NCBI RefSeq assembly: GCF_009914755.1
Contig: NC_060927.1
Origin: the human T2T-CHM13v2.0 reference genome, Homo sapiens
Reading direction: 5' to 3' (one strand)
Length of the DNA stretch: 64,000 nucleotides
The first letter of the stretch is position 1. Each line of letters begins with the position of its first letter. This document shows positions 1 through 12,886 of this stretch, one piece after another. A program made the position numbers and the translations under genes. The notes beneath the pieces were generated by a model. It worked only from the letters and a program-made list of their open reading frames with translations. It ran no database searches and had not been told where the DNA came from.

Positions 1-159
1 TTGTGTGATGCAAGAAATAGCAAAAGCTTCAAGCTGATTCTCGAGGCATCAGAAGCTGGGCAAAGAAATAGCAGACTAGTTCCTCATCTTAAATACTAGT
101 TGCAGGAGCTGACCTTAATTTAATATACTTTAATTATAATAAAAGGTAATAGTGATAAA

Positions 160-385
160 GTCCTCACTATGCACTATGAGTTTTTCTAAGTACTTTACAT
201 ATATTAATTCATTTAAGCACACACAAGAACCCTATGAGGTGGATACTATAATTATTTTCCCCATTTGACATAAGAGGAAACTGGGACTCAGAAAGGTTGA
301 GTGATTTACTGGAGGTCCTATAGTTAATAAGTGACAGTTCTGGGATTTGGACTCATACAATCTGGCTTACTGACTATGCATATTT
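160..385 (-). mobile_element. MIR SINE
   Basis: Reverse-complement MIR core (ccccatttgaca..gaggaaactggg..agaaaggttgagtgattt); boundaries approximate. Confidence 0.7.
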
Positions 386-869
386 GTCCACTAAGCTATT
401 CCCTAGGCCCAGTTTTTTTTTTCCTTTTTTTTTTTTCTGTCTTCCCTGGAGTAGAACCTAGGCACAGTTTTTAAAGTAATAATCTCATTGTAAAATTTCA
501 AAAGATACAAAAATATATTAACTATTAAATGAAAGTTCCATATCCTCTTTGTCCCACTCTCCCTGCCCTTCATTTTTTCCAAGTTACTATTGTTAAACAT
601 TTAGAATTTATTTGATTAAAGAATGTATTTGATTTTTTAAAACATTGCAGTGTTTTATAGTATCTCTAATGTTTAAAAAAAGTTATATGGCATTGACATC
701 TTCCAAGTTTGGTGCACAATGGCTTGTGAGACACAGATTCGGAGCTTGTTTGTGAGCCTCTATTAGCTCATGAGTGCCCCTATCTGAAACCTGCATCAGC
801 ACCTCACCGTGGCTTGCATGTTCCACTGCACAGGCAGTACCTTGGGAATTTATTAAAATACTGTCTCTG

Positions 870-1224
<355 letters not shown>

Positions 1225-1236
1225 TTAACATGATGT

Positions 1237-1459
1237 GAGGACATGCATTGGCAACATATGTAGGATGAATAATTTCATATGTCAACTTCGCTTGACCAAG
1301 GGGTGCTCAAATATCTGCTTGGATACGATTTCTGGATGTGTCTGTGAGAGGACATGCATTGGCAACACATGTATGATGAATAATTTTATATGTCAACTTC
1401 GCTTGACCAAGAGGTGCTCAAATATCTGCTTGGACACCATTTCTGGATGTGTCTGTGAG
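1237..1459. repeat. 111-bp tandem duplication straddling the 5' edge of an MLT2 LTR
   Basis: gaggacatgcattggcaac...tctggatgtgtctgtgag starts at 1237 and again at 1348, with few mismatches. Confidence 0.92.
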
Positions 1460-2168
1460 GGTGTTTTTGGAAGAGATCAGCTATTTGAACTGGTGAATTG
1501 AGGAAAGCAGATGGCCCTCCCAACGTGGATGGGCATCATCCAATCCATTAAGGGCCTGAATAGAACAAAAAGACAATGCAGGAAGGTTGAATTCACTCTC
1601 TGCCTGACTTTTGAGCTGAGACATTGATCTCCTCCTGCCCTCAACTCCTGATTCTCAGGCCTTGAGACTCAGGCTGGAATCTACAAGATCAGCTCTCTGG
1701 CTCTCAGGCCTTCAAACTGTACCACTGGCTTTCCTGAGTCTTCAGCTTGTAGTTGGCAAGACTGTGAGACTTTTCAACCTCTGCAATCACATGAGCGAAT
1801 TCCTCATAATAAATGTCTTCCTAAATATCCATATATATATATATATATATATATATATCATATATTATATGTATGTGTATATCCTATACAAGCACACACA
1901 CATAAATATCTATCTTATTGGTTCTGTTTCTCTGAAGAACCTGGGAACCATATGATATGTATGGTTCTCCATATATTTAGGTGTGTGTATATGTGCATAT
2001 ATATATATATATGTGTGTGTATATGATATACATATGTGTATATGTGTGTATATATTACCTAAATATATGGAGAACCATACAAATACACATACACACACAC
2101 AAACACATATACACACCCCACATATAGTACTTATCAATTCCATTTCTCTGGACAACCCGGATTAATAC
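1370..2168 (+). mobile_element. MLT2-family (ERVL) solo LTR with internal (TA)n/(CA)n expansion
   Basis: Start taattttatatgtcaactt, body gcagatggccctcccaacgtggatgggcatcatccaatcc, end tttctctggacaacccggattaataca; all resemble MLT2 consensus. Confidence 0.8.
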
Positions 2169-3119
2169 ACCATAATTCTCTCTAAATGGGATTTCAGTAA
2201 AAGCCTGAAAACCTTTGCAAACATTTCTGGGTTTTCGACTTGAGGATTCCTGAAAGTGTAGGCAAAAATTCTCTGGCAATGTCAAGGGTCCACTCTGTTG
2301 GCACAAAGCTCTTTATGGGGAGTCAGGAGACCTAGATTCTTATCTCAAACTTGTAATAACCCTAGGTAAATCAGTTTAGTACCCTGAGCATCAATTTTCT
2401 AGGTGCCGAATTAGAAATTTCAAAGGTGCTGACCTCTGAAGCCCCATTCTCTGCTGAGATTTTGGATGTCTAAAGGCACCATGTAAAGCAAAGTGCTCTC
2501 ACTGATCCTAATATGCATAGCCACCCCTTCTGCTGTTTCTATGCATCTCTGTCTTGGTTTCAGTGTGCTTTTGATTCCAATGGCTCAAAGAGTCTTCCAG
2601 CTTTGTTGGCGCTTTAGGATCTAAGGGAATATGGGTGGTGTCCAGGGGTGTCTATTTTTAAATGCATTCAGTAAGCATTTATTAACACCTTGTCAGGTGA
2701 GGCTCTGAGGCTGTCAGCATGACTGAAACATGGTCCCTGCCCTCATGGATTCAGTCTGGGGCAGAGATAGTCTTACCTTTATTTGTTTTCAGCCTTGAAG
2801 AAATCAACACCTGCACCATGCACTATGCCATTAGGGAACCCACTGCTCTCCGGTTAGAAGTAAACTCTCAGGTTTCCTTGTTTGACCCATGAGTTGTTTT
2901 GAAGGAATTTTTTAAAAATATATAAACAAGTGGAATTTTTCCAGTTCCCTTTTTATTGTTGATTTCTAACTTAATTGTACTGTTCTTAGAGAATGTGGTC
3001 TGTATGGCACCAATCCATTGAAGTTTTCTAAGGCTACTGTTGATCTTTCTTAATTATGCTTTTCTGTATTTAATTCTTAAACATTTATGCTGACTCAATT
3101 TAGAGAGATAATATGATAA

Positions 3120-3345
3120 TTACAACTTCAGAGTCTAGAGCCAGATCTTGATTTTCCTCTCAGCTCTGCCAGTGACTTGCTGCATAAAATTGGGTAATAA
3201 TCTCAGTTTCCACATCTGTAAAGTAAGAATAATAAAAGAGATGATTACAGTGGGTTCCGAAGAGGATCAAATAAGCTTATACTTGCACAGAACCAAAAAC
3301 AGTTCTTGGCACATAGTGAGTGCTCAGTAAATGTTATTTAATATT
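3120..3345 (+). mobile_element. MIR SINE
   Basis: ctcagtttccacatctgtaaagt core and cttggcacatagtgagtgctcagtaaatgtt tail. Confidence 0.7.
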
Positions 3346-3354
3346 ATTTTTCTA

Positions 3355-3800
3355 CTTATATATTCCATTTATAGAACATTCTCAAAAAGACAAAATTATA
3401 GAGGTGGAGAACAGATCAGCGGTTGCCAGAGGTTAGAGATGAAGGGAGGGAAACAGGATGACGATAAAAGGGTAGCACAAATGGTCTTCGAGATGATGGA
3501 ACTGCTGTATATCTTGGTTGTGGTGGTGGCCATGTGAATCTACACATACAACAAAATTGCATAGAAACACACACACACACATACGCACATACACATACAC
3601 ACGAGTGCATGTAAAACGATGTAAGTCTGAATAAGGTCTGTGGATTATACCCACTGAGTCAACTTCCTGGCTTGGATATTGTGCTATCGTTAGGTAAGAC
3701 CTTACCATTGAGGGAAACTTGCAGAAGGGTACACAGGACCTCTCTGCACTATTTTTTGTAACTTTTTGTGAGTCCATAATTATTTAAAAATTTAAAAAAC
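3355..3800 (+). mobile_element. Old L1M 3' end fragment with (CA)n
   Basis: tattccatttatagaacattctcaaaaagacaaaattatagag..cagcggttgccag..ctctctgcactatttttgtaact, typical L1MC/MD/ME 3'UTR. Confidence 0.65.
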
Positions 3801-4813
3801 TTTTAAATGCTCCTAGTATATGGTGAATGTCTAATAAATGTTATTTATTACGTTTTGTCATAGCTGTTTTTCAAGTTTTTATGTATATTTAACATATTTT
3901 AACTTTGAAATTAAATTCAGAACAATAGATACTATTTTTAAAAAGACAAAGTGTGTCTCAGCAAAGTTCCATATTGTTACATGTAGAGGAACTTTGAGCC
4001 CCTTGTGAGCTGAAAAATGGCTTAGAATTTCTGATAACTAGTGTCTTTTTGTTAGCCCCTTTTGAATTGTGAAAATATCAGGAGGCATGAATAAGAAAAC
4101 TCTAAGTCCTGAGTCCATGCATGTTCGTCTCCTGGATGCAGGAAAACTTGGGAACAATAGATGAGAAAGGGCTGGACCCGAGGAATTAGAACTCTGCGGC
4201 CTCAACGAATGGTTTATATTCCCAGAACACCCCTAGTGAGAGCAATCTCCTACCTCCATCACTCAGTTACTTTGACCAGAAAAGTCCTTGTCACTGTTTC
4301 CAAAAGGGGTCCTGAAGATTATCCTATACAGTCTTTGCATTTGCAATCAGAAGCTGGGGCTGAGGGACGGTAAGTTTCCTGACCAAGGCCAGTAGCTGGT
4401 CAACAGCAGAGCCTGGTCTTCAATCAAGGCGAAAGCTGTTTGCTCTGGGTCTCACTGTGGCAGGGCCCAGGACAGCAGGGATTTGATGCTGTCTCCCACC
4501 CAAAACCACCCAGAGTCATTGAGTGTAATCAGGAGACCAGTGCTTAAGGGGCACCTCCTCAGGCCCTCAGCACTGAAGGGGAGCAGGGAGGAGATTGAGA
4601 TGTACCCAGCCCACAGCCTAGGCACCAGCCGTCCAGGGACACGGGCCTACACTGTGATGCAGGTGGTGGGCGCCATGGCATGTCCCAGTGGCTTCCTCTC
4701 TGTCTACTCCCAGAATTTACAATTTTGACCCTAAGAGAATACCAACCCTAAAAGCCTAAATTTTCTCCTTACACTGTTGTGAGTTGAAAAAGCTGTGCTC
4801 AAGGGTACACAAA

Positions 4814-5388
4814 TGTTACCAGTGGAAGGTGTCCAGGTTCTTGGCATTTTGAACAAAGAATTGGACAAAATGCACAAACAAAGCTATGAAAGAATAAAGC
4901 AAAGAGAGCATAGATTTATTGAAACGAAAGTATACTCCACAGACTGGCAGTGGGCTTGAGCAAGCACCCCAAGAACGCTGGTTACAGAATCTTCTGGGCT
5001 TTAGATACCCTCTAGAGGCTTCCCATTGATTACTTGGTTCACACCCTATGTAAATGAAGTAGTGGCTCACAACCAATCTGATTGGACATGGAAGGTGACC
5101 AATCAGAGGCTAACATGAAGTTACAAAGTTACACCCTATGCAAGTGAAGACTAGGCCTACAATCAGTCTGATTGGTTGCAGGAGGGGACCAATCAGAGGT
5201 ACTTTCATTTTTAATTTGCAAGGCAGAAAAGCAGGAGGGGTGGGGGGAGCAAGTTGCAAAGGGAGTAGCCTCGGATCCTTTTGTTACTTGGGTGTGGAGA
5301 GATGGGGTTTTCCTTTTTATTCAGTTCTAGGAAACCAGTGCAAATTGGCCTTAGGTTCTCTGTCTCCAGACCCTATTCTCCTGCCTCA
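4814..5388 (-). mobile_element. MER51-family ERV1 solo LTR
   Basis: Minus strand starts TGAGGCAGGAGAATAGGGTCTGGAG and ends GGTAACA (TG..CA); 4-bp TSD CAAA at 4810-4813 and 5389-5392; repeated CCAATCAG boxes. Confidence 0.82.
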
Positions 5389-6491
5389 CAAAGATAGGTG
5401 TACCTTTTTGTTAATTCAACCACTGACACACAAAGTTACTGCCTGTGCTAGCTGAGTGTCTGACAGCAAGTCAGAAGGCAAATGGTCTGTTCTCGGCCCT
5501 CACCCGCTAGCCAGGTGTTCTTAGGCTCTCCTCTCCGAACCTCAGTTTTGTCACTTGCCAAATGGGATATCTTGCTTCCTTAACTGGCGAGATTGTGGTG
5601 AGGATTAAGTGAACCCTTGGAGATGAAAGGCTTTTGTGATTTGTAAAGTTTGTTATACTAGACACTAGATTAGTGTCATATCATAAACCCCTGCCTCTCT
5701 CCACAGTTCTACTAGGAATTGGCCTCTTTTGCCCAAGAATTGAGATATAACCCCTTACCTTTTCGAGAAGAGCTGGAAATTCCTGATCCCCAAAGGAATG
5801 ATTCAGAGTGGAACTTTACACACATTCAAGTAGATCTCCGAAAGAAAGATTTGGGGGCCAGAGCCCCTCAGTCAGTTCTGTTAAATGGCTCTGCTGAGAT
5901 GACGAAGAGGATTTAGAAAGAGAATAGGTACAAAGCCATAGGAGACCAACTCAAAAAATAGCACTGGCCCCATTTATACCTTCCTGCTTCCCTGGAGCCA
6001 GAAAAAGTGGCACCTACAGCCTTCACTGCTTGGTCTACCCTGCCACCTTGTGGCTATTTGCTAGAATGCACCAGTAGAACAGCCTCAGAGAAAGCAGGGA
6101 CCAGTAGGAACCCTTAATCATGCACTCACTCCTTTGCTCCGTCACTCAACAAACCTGTACAGACGCTCACAGTTGTTCAGGCTGAAGAAATTCACAGGCT
6201 GGAAGAAGAGAGGGACTGAAGGGAGGGTAAATGGAGAAAAGAGACTTGCTAGGCAGGGGTCTTGGTGTTTGCAAAGACACTGAAGCCTCACAGGTTTGGG
6301 AAATGGTGAGCTTCTCCATGTGACTGAAGAATAGGGTGCACCAGGTAGAAATGATGGGAGATAGATTATAGCCTCACTATTAGAAAATGATATGTATGAA
6401 ACTGTAAGCCTCTGTACGTTAGGAAAAAAAAAACACAAACAAACAAAAAACAAAGAAAGACACAACTTGGTCCCTGGAGTGCAGGGCAATT

Positions 6492-6521
6492 CAGGTTACA
6501 GGTTACAGGTTACAGGTTACA
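6492..6521. repeat. (CAGGTTA)4 heptamer repeat
   Basis: caggttacaggttacaggttacaggttaca. Confidence 0.9.
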
Positions 6522-7732
6522 ACCCTCCGCAAATGGCCCCCAGACTTCCATGGCCCTGCTGTCCTGAGACTCCTAGGAGGAAACACTTACTCTGAATCCC
6601 TCGCCATGATTAAAATCAGTTTCTAAATGGGGTAGGATCTTGTGTAATCTCAAGTTTGAAAGGGACCTTAGAGTCATTTAATCCAACCCTCCCTGCAAGC
6701 CAAGATTGCTGCCAACTCACCACACATCTTAAGCTTAAATCACCTTCAGTGATGAGTTCAGATGCTCACCCAAAGCCCGTTCCATCTTTAGACACAGGAA
6801 ATCCTTTATTCTATCAAGCTGAGTTCTTCCTCTTTATAATTCCTGTTCATTGATATAAGGTTCCCCCCGCCAGGGTTCTGTCAAAGAAGTAATCAGATAC
6901 ATGAATGTATATGAAGAAGGTAACCATTTAGTGGCAGCACTGAGGTTTCTGGAAATAGGAAATCATGGTAGTATTATTTCCGAGGAACTAATACTGGCAT
7001 AGGCCTTGGGGGAGCTGTGTCCTAGTCCTTATAGAATTTCTTTGCTTAATGTCACTTGGCTTCCTTTCCTTTATGATAGAGTTGGATTCGATCAGAATTC
7101 TCACCACTGGTTCTAAGTCAGAATCATCTGGAGAGCAAGAAGCAGAATGTCTGAAATCTTCCTATGGTACAGAACTGCTGGATGAGACCATCAGTGGGGT
7201 AAGCTCAAATACTCCATGATAATTCAAGACATGATTAACTATAATAGTCTCCAGTTCTTGTTGAGGTTTTTGTCAAGCCCATGATGGCCTGGTATGTAAG
7301 TTCTTGGTGATTCCTATTTCTTAAAGACCTACCTAGATCTACAGCTTTCTCCCATCTGCATGATCAAAGTGTGTCGTTCACAGAGCACAATTATTTTGTC
7401 CTGTCGTGCTCTTTTGGACAGAGACCCACCAGTGACATAAAAGACAAAACTAGCTAGAGAAGAAAAAAGAGACGTATTGCCTGATCTTAGCTGAGTGCCA
7501 TGACCTTCTTGTTCCCCATTCACCTCATCTGTAAAGAGGGAAGACAAACCCACTTCAGTGAGTTGTCGTGAGGGTAATTGAGACCGTGAGTGTAAAGCCT
7601 ACTGGCAATGAGAAGGCTCTCCAAATCTCAATTCCCTGAGTCTTTGACAGCGAGAAGAAAGTGAAAACGAGAAGCTAGGGTGGTGCCTTTTCTGAGAGCA
7701 TTTTTCTTCATCTTTCTTCCCATGAACAGCCT

Positions 7733-8186
7733 CTGTTGAATTGTATCATGTCCCCACAAAATTCATACGTTGAAGTCCTAACTTCTAGTACCTTAGAATG
7801 TGACCTTATTTGGAAATAGGGTCGTTGCAGATATAATTAGTTAAGTTGAGATCATTAGAGTGGGCCTTAATCTAACACAAGTGATGACCTCATAAAAAGG
7901 GAAGAACTTTGGATACAGAGACACAAACACAGAAACACCATGTGAAGATGAAAAGATTGAGGTGATGCTTCTACCAGCCAAAGAGTGCCAGATTGCCAGG
8001 AAATGACCAGAAGGTAGGAGAGAAGGCTGGAACAGATTCTTCCTTACAGCCCTCAAAAGAAACCAACAGTGCCAACACCTTGATCTCGGACTTCCAGCCT
8101 TCAGAACCATGAGGCAATAACATTCTATGGTTTAAGCCATTTCAGCTGGTGGTACTTTGTTTCAGCAGCCTTGGCAAACTAATTAC
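7733..8186 (+). mobile_element. MLT1 (MaLR) solo LTR, MLT1B/C-like
   Basis: gtccccacaaaattcatacgttgaagtcctaac..gaatgtgaccttatttggaaatagggtc..gcagccttggcaaactaattaca. Confidence 0.85.
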
Positions 8187-8412
8187 ACCGCTAGAGGTGA
8201 CTCCTACTGGTGACATCAAAGGACAGCTCTGTCCAGATGGAAGGAGGCACTGAAGTTCCACAGAACAAATGGGAGACACACGAGAACCCTGAGAGAGCCT
8301 CTCCATGGGCCACCAGCTCAACATGGCTGTCCACCTTGTACTGCCGTGAATGGACAATTTGCCATTCTGAACATGCCCCTTCTCAAGATATGCAGAATCC
8401 ATAGGAACATCA

Positions 8413-8621
8413 GTTTTTTAGTATACTTTAAGTTCTGGGATACATATGCAGAATGAGCAGCTTTGTTATATGGGTATACATGTGCCATGGTGGTTTGCTG
8501 CACCCACCAACCTATCATCTACATTAGGTATTTCTCCTAATGCTATCCCTCCCCTAGCCCCCAGCTCCCGACAGGCCCCAGTGTGTGATGTTTCCCTCCC
8601 TGTGCCTATATGTTTTCATTG
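8413..8621 (-). mobile_element. 5'-truncated L1PA 3' end
   Basis: tatactttaagttctgggatacat..gtgccatggtggtttgctgcaccca..cctaatgctatccctcccctagcccc; flanking aggaacat direct repeats (8403, 8622). Confidence 0.9.
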
Positions 8622-9466
8622 AGGAACATAATTTATTAGCCATAGTTTTATATATTTTGGTGTTTCCTTGTAATTTTCCTTCCATATATGTCCATGTTTT
8701 GTTTTGTGATTTTGACTACGAACCTTTGAGGGCTGGAACCACGTTACAAACCTCACTGGGAGTCAGGTGATGTTTGATAAGAATTCTTGGTGTGACCTTA
8801 AGCATGTCACCTTTCTTTTCAGGCCTGGTTTCCTTGCCTATGGAAGAATTATTATCACTAAGCTCTCTCCAGTTACAATATTCTGTGATCCCAACTCCAT
8901 ATGTATTTACATAACCAACCTGCCTTCTTGGGGTCCTAAAGGGAAAGAAAGACCCAGGAAACTCATCTTTTAGATATGTTGAGCAGCTGTCATCTGGGGT
9001 TAAATGAGTCAGCCTCATTTAATAAGGGGCTAGACCCCAAACGTTTGGGAGCAATGTAGTACCCAGGGGCTGTAAACCCCACTAGGTCTCCTTCCTAGAC
9101 TCCAAAGTCCTCCTGCCTGGGCATCTGTCTTTCTAGAAGGCCACTTTTTTGTGTTAATCTTTTTTCTTTTTTTCTCCCATGAGTCATAGGGAATGAGAGA
9201 AGGCCACTTTCTTAGTGAGTGCTGAAGCTTTCTCTTCTTTGGAGGCAGGCCCTGGATGCTATATTTCATGTAATGGGCAGCCTTCCCATGGTAGGGCTGG
9301 GCTTCTGTGTACTGTTTTGAAGCTTCCTATCTCTGCTCTGGGATGGGAGGAACATTCGCTTTCCAACTGGGTACAGTATTTTGGGTAAATAACATTTTGT
9401 TTCTTACCTTGGAGGGATTACAGCATGCCTTGGCCTCCACTATAGAGAAGCTTGGGCCTAGTCAAA

Positions 9467-9675
9467 GAAGTGTAAGGGTCCTTCTAATGGCAAACTCCCC
9501 AGAAGCGTGGCTATCTGTGAAGCGTAAGGGTCCTTCTAATGGCAGACTCCCCAGAAGCATGGCTATCTGTGAAGCGTAAGGGTCCTTCTAATGGCAGACT
9601 CCCCAGAAGCATGGCTATCTGTGAAGCGTAAGGGTCCTTCTAATGGCAGACTCCCCAGAAGCATGGCTATCTGTG
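9467..9675. repeat. 52-bp minisatellite, ~4 copies
   Basis: Unit gtaagggtccttctaatggcagactccccagaagcatggctatctgtgaagc at 9472, 9524, 9576, 9628. Confidence 0.95.
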
Positions 9676-9971
9676 TGTAAATTATGCTCCTTTGGTTCCA
9701 GGAAATAGACTCATACAGGCCAGTCCAAGTAACGGCAGTGGTGTAGAAATGAAGGCAGTGACCCCATTATACAGTGGTTATAAGAGGGATGGATTATCCT
9801 AGAAATCTAAGACTAGAAACCCCCACACAATTATAAGCTTCATAGAACTAGATCCTGAAAGGTCACCCTAGTTCTGCAGACCTCATTCCGGAGCTTTGCC
9901 GTTAATGTGGCCCAGCTACTCTTCAGGGGTCAGCTTTTCTCTGCTCCTATTCCTCATTCTAATTCTCTTAG

Positions 9972-10318
<347 letters not shown>

Positions 10319-10546
10319 TTATTATTAATTATTACTATGAGTGAGACAGAGAGAGAAAATGGAAACCCAGATTTCAAAGGGAATAGCTCATTTCTCCAAG
10401 AAGCCTGAGGCCTAACAATTGAATTGAACTGATTAAAGTTCTAATGACAACCACTGTGCGAACTCAGCCTACCCGGACACCTTTAGCTGCGGGACCTTGG
10501 ACTAGTTCCTCCTTCCATTTCCCCATGTCTAAAACGGAACATTTGT

Positions 10547-10735
10547 AACCAGGCATGGTGGTGGCCCCTGTAGTCCCAGCTACTCTGGAGGCTGAGGCAA
10601 GAGGATTGCTTGAGCTCAGGAGTTCAAGTGAGCTATGATGGTGCCATTGCCGCACCCCAGCCTGAGTGACAGAGCAAGACTCCATCTCTAAGAAAAATAA
10701 AATAATAAATAAATAAATAAATAAATATTAAAAAT
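10547..10735 (+). mobile_element. Alu monomer (FAM/FRAM-like) inserted in a MIR
   Basis: Single-arm Alu with A-rich tail; TSD aaaa(c/t)ggaacatttg at 10531 and 10737. Confidence 0.8.
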
Positions 10736-10904
10736 TAAAATGGAACATTTGCCTCTGGTTTTCCTTCCCTTAGGGTTGTGTAAAGAGCAGGAGCCTGTTC
10801 TCCACTCTCCACCCCAGGCTCTGGGCGGCAGTAGGAAAGTGCCTTCAGCCCTCCTGCCTCAATCCTTTCATGGGTCAGGTGCAAGATTTGAGCTAGGTGA
10901 TCTT

Positions 10905-11002
10905 ACCACCCCATCCCTTCCAACTACTAAATAGCTCTGCATAATTCTAACCACCCCTTCCCTTCCAACTACTAAATAGCTCTGCATAATTCTAACCACC
11001 CC
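10905..11002. repeat. 45-bp tandem duplication (2.2 copies)
   Basis: accacccc(a/t)tcccttccaactactaaatagctctgcataattcta at 10905 and 10950, partial at 10995. Confidence 0.95.
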
Positions 11003-12319
11003 GCTTCTCTGGGATTACCCCTTACACATCCTCATCACACTGATCCTCAGAAACCTATCCTCTAAAAATCCCACAATGTAGAACACCACGCATGTTCCAT
11101 GTATGGGTGAAAAGCTGCATTTACATCTTGCTTTTTAGTAAACATTTTATATTCCCTTTGCCCTGGCTTATCTGCTTAGAGACTTTTCTTTTTAGTTATT
11201 ATTGATTGTCAATTGGCTGCAGTTACTCACTCTTTGATCTTCCCTTTTGTTTAAATGGCCACCCACACTATCTGCCCTCGCCCCTCCATCTCTCTATTAA
11301 ACAGTAATGAAATGCAAACAAACTTGGAGGTACTCTGGGAGCAAAGGGACCCTGGGGCCAGCTTCCCTTAGGCCTGTGAATTGTCATTCCTGAAGCTGTC
11401 TGTTTTGTAAGTTCTCCTGCCAAGTTTCTATGGGAGCAGAGGGATCATTTTCTCCCTTTTCAAAGAGCAGGGTGAGTTGAGGCCTCGAGCTGGCAAGTCC
11501 TTTAAAGTCATTTTCAAAGGAAACCTGAGCTGAAAGGCCATGCAGCTGGCAGAGGGTGCTGTGCCTTTCTGAGGCTCTCTGTGGGGTGCTGGGTGGTCAG
11601 CTCCCATGGCTTCCCAGCACGTGCTCGGAGCCTGCTGCAAAGGCACTGCCAAGGGACACGGCTGCCCAACAAGTGGGCCCATGGCCCTGGGGACAGGCTC
11701 AACTCCACATGCTCTCCCCACTGCCACCCAGGAACAGGAAGGGGGGTGTGCAGGCTTCTCCTCTGGGCCAGTGACCAGAACCACACTTGTCCTCACTGTT
11801 CTCAGGTCAAACTTGATCCTTGGCGTTTTTTGAGGTAAAATAAAACTAGGTGCAAAGCAAGCTAGGGTGAACTTACATCTGAATCAGGGAATCATAAATG
11901 GTGTAGTTCACTCTCATGGACAGGTTGGAAAGGGGACCCAGAGGGAAAGTGCTTGTCCCAAGTCACACTGGAGGAGGTGGCTGAGTTCTGCCGCAGGGCT
12001 CTTGGGACAGAGCACCTCTGCAGGGATGGAGGTTTGCTTGGCCACTAACCATTCATAAAGCTTCTGAGTCTGCAGATGTCTGCCAATCACCCAGCAGACA
12101 CCAAAAAGCCCCAGATGCACTCAGGCTGAGAAATATATGTCTGGGGCCACATGCCTTCATACTGCCCCATGAGCCGAGGAGAGAGAAATTGTTCGTGAAG
12201 CCAGAAAGCAAGATGGGCCTTCTCACTTCCAAAACTGGGCAAACTGAGGTTCAGAGGAAGAAGAGATGCCTATCTATGTGTCAGCAGAGCTAGGAGGGAA
12301 GTCATTAAATGCTTAGCCT

Positions 12320-12606
12320 AGGCCGGGCATAGTGGCTCACACCTGTAATCCAAACACTTTGAGAGGCTGAGGCAGGCAGATCACCTGAGGTCAGGAGTTC
12401 GAGACCAGCCTGGCCCACATGGCAAAACCCCTTCTCTATTAAAAGTACAAAAAATTAGCTGGGCATGGTGGCGTGCACCTGTAATGCCAGCTACTTGGGA
12501 GGCTGAGGCAGGAGAATCACTGGAACCCAGGAGGCGGAGGTTGCAGTGAGCTGAGATCCGAGTCTCTGTCTCAAAAAACAACAAAACAAAACAAAACAAA
12601 ACAAAA
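12320..12606 (+). mobile_element. Alu (S-type) with right-arm internal deletion
   Basis: ggccgggcatagtggctcac..; gagatc joined directly to cgagtctctgtctc; (CAAAA)n tail; TSD tgcttagccta. Confidence 0.92.
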
Positions 12607-12886
12607 GTGCTTAGCCTAGAGCTGAGTGGGAGGTCCTTCCAAAATCTCCCACCTGAGCTCTTCAGAAAGGGCCTGGAGTCCGCAGTCCCTCCTGGTGCTG
12701 GGATCCAAATGTGCGTTCATGCCAAGGTACCAGGAACCTAGCCTCATCTCAAAAGACGCTCGTTTTTGAGAATGCAGCAGCCAGCAGCCCCTTCCCTCCA
12801 AGAGCTTTTTCCACTAGGTTAGGAGCTGAGGGAGTCAGACGCAGGCCAGGCCCCATTCCAACGCAAGAAAAGCCCTCCAGACCAAG

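Noticed and set aside
1910-2165. Same peptide KYMENHT on both strands
   Set aside because: A consequence of the DNA inverted repeat, not coding
9467-9675. Direct-repeat array as a CRISPR-like locus
   Set aside because: Units are head-to-tail with no unique spacers, there are no cas-like ORFs, and the context is mammalian
11428-11838. Cluster of overlapping ORFs downstream of the poly(A) site
   Set aside because: Locally GC-rich patch with no splice or domain support; five overlapping frames suggest a compositional cause
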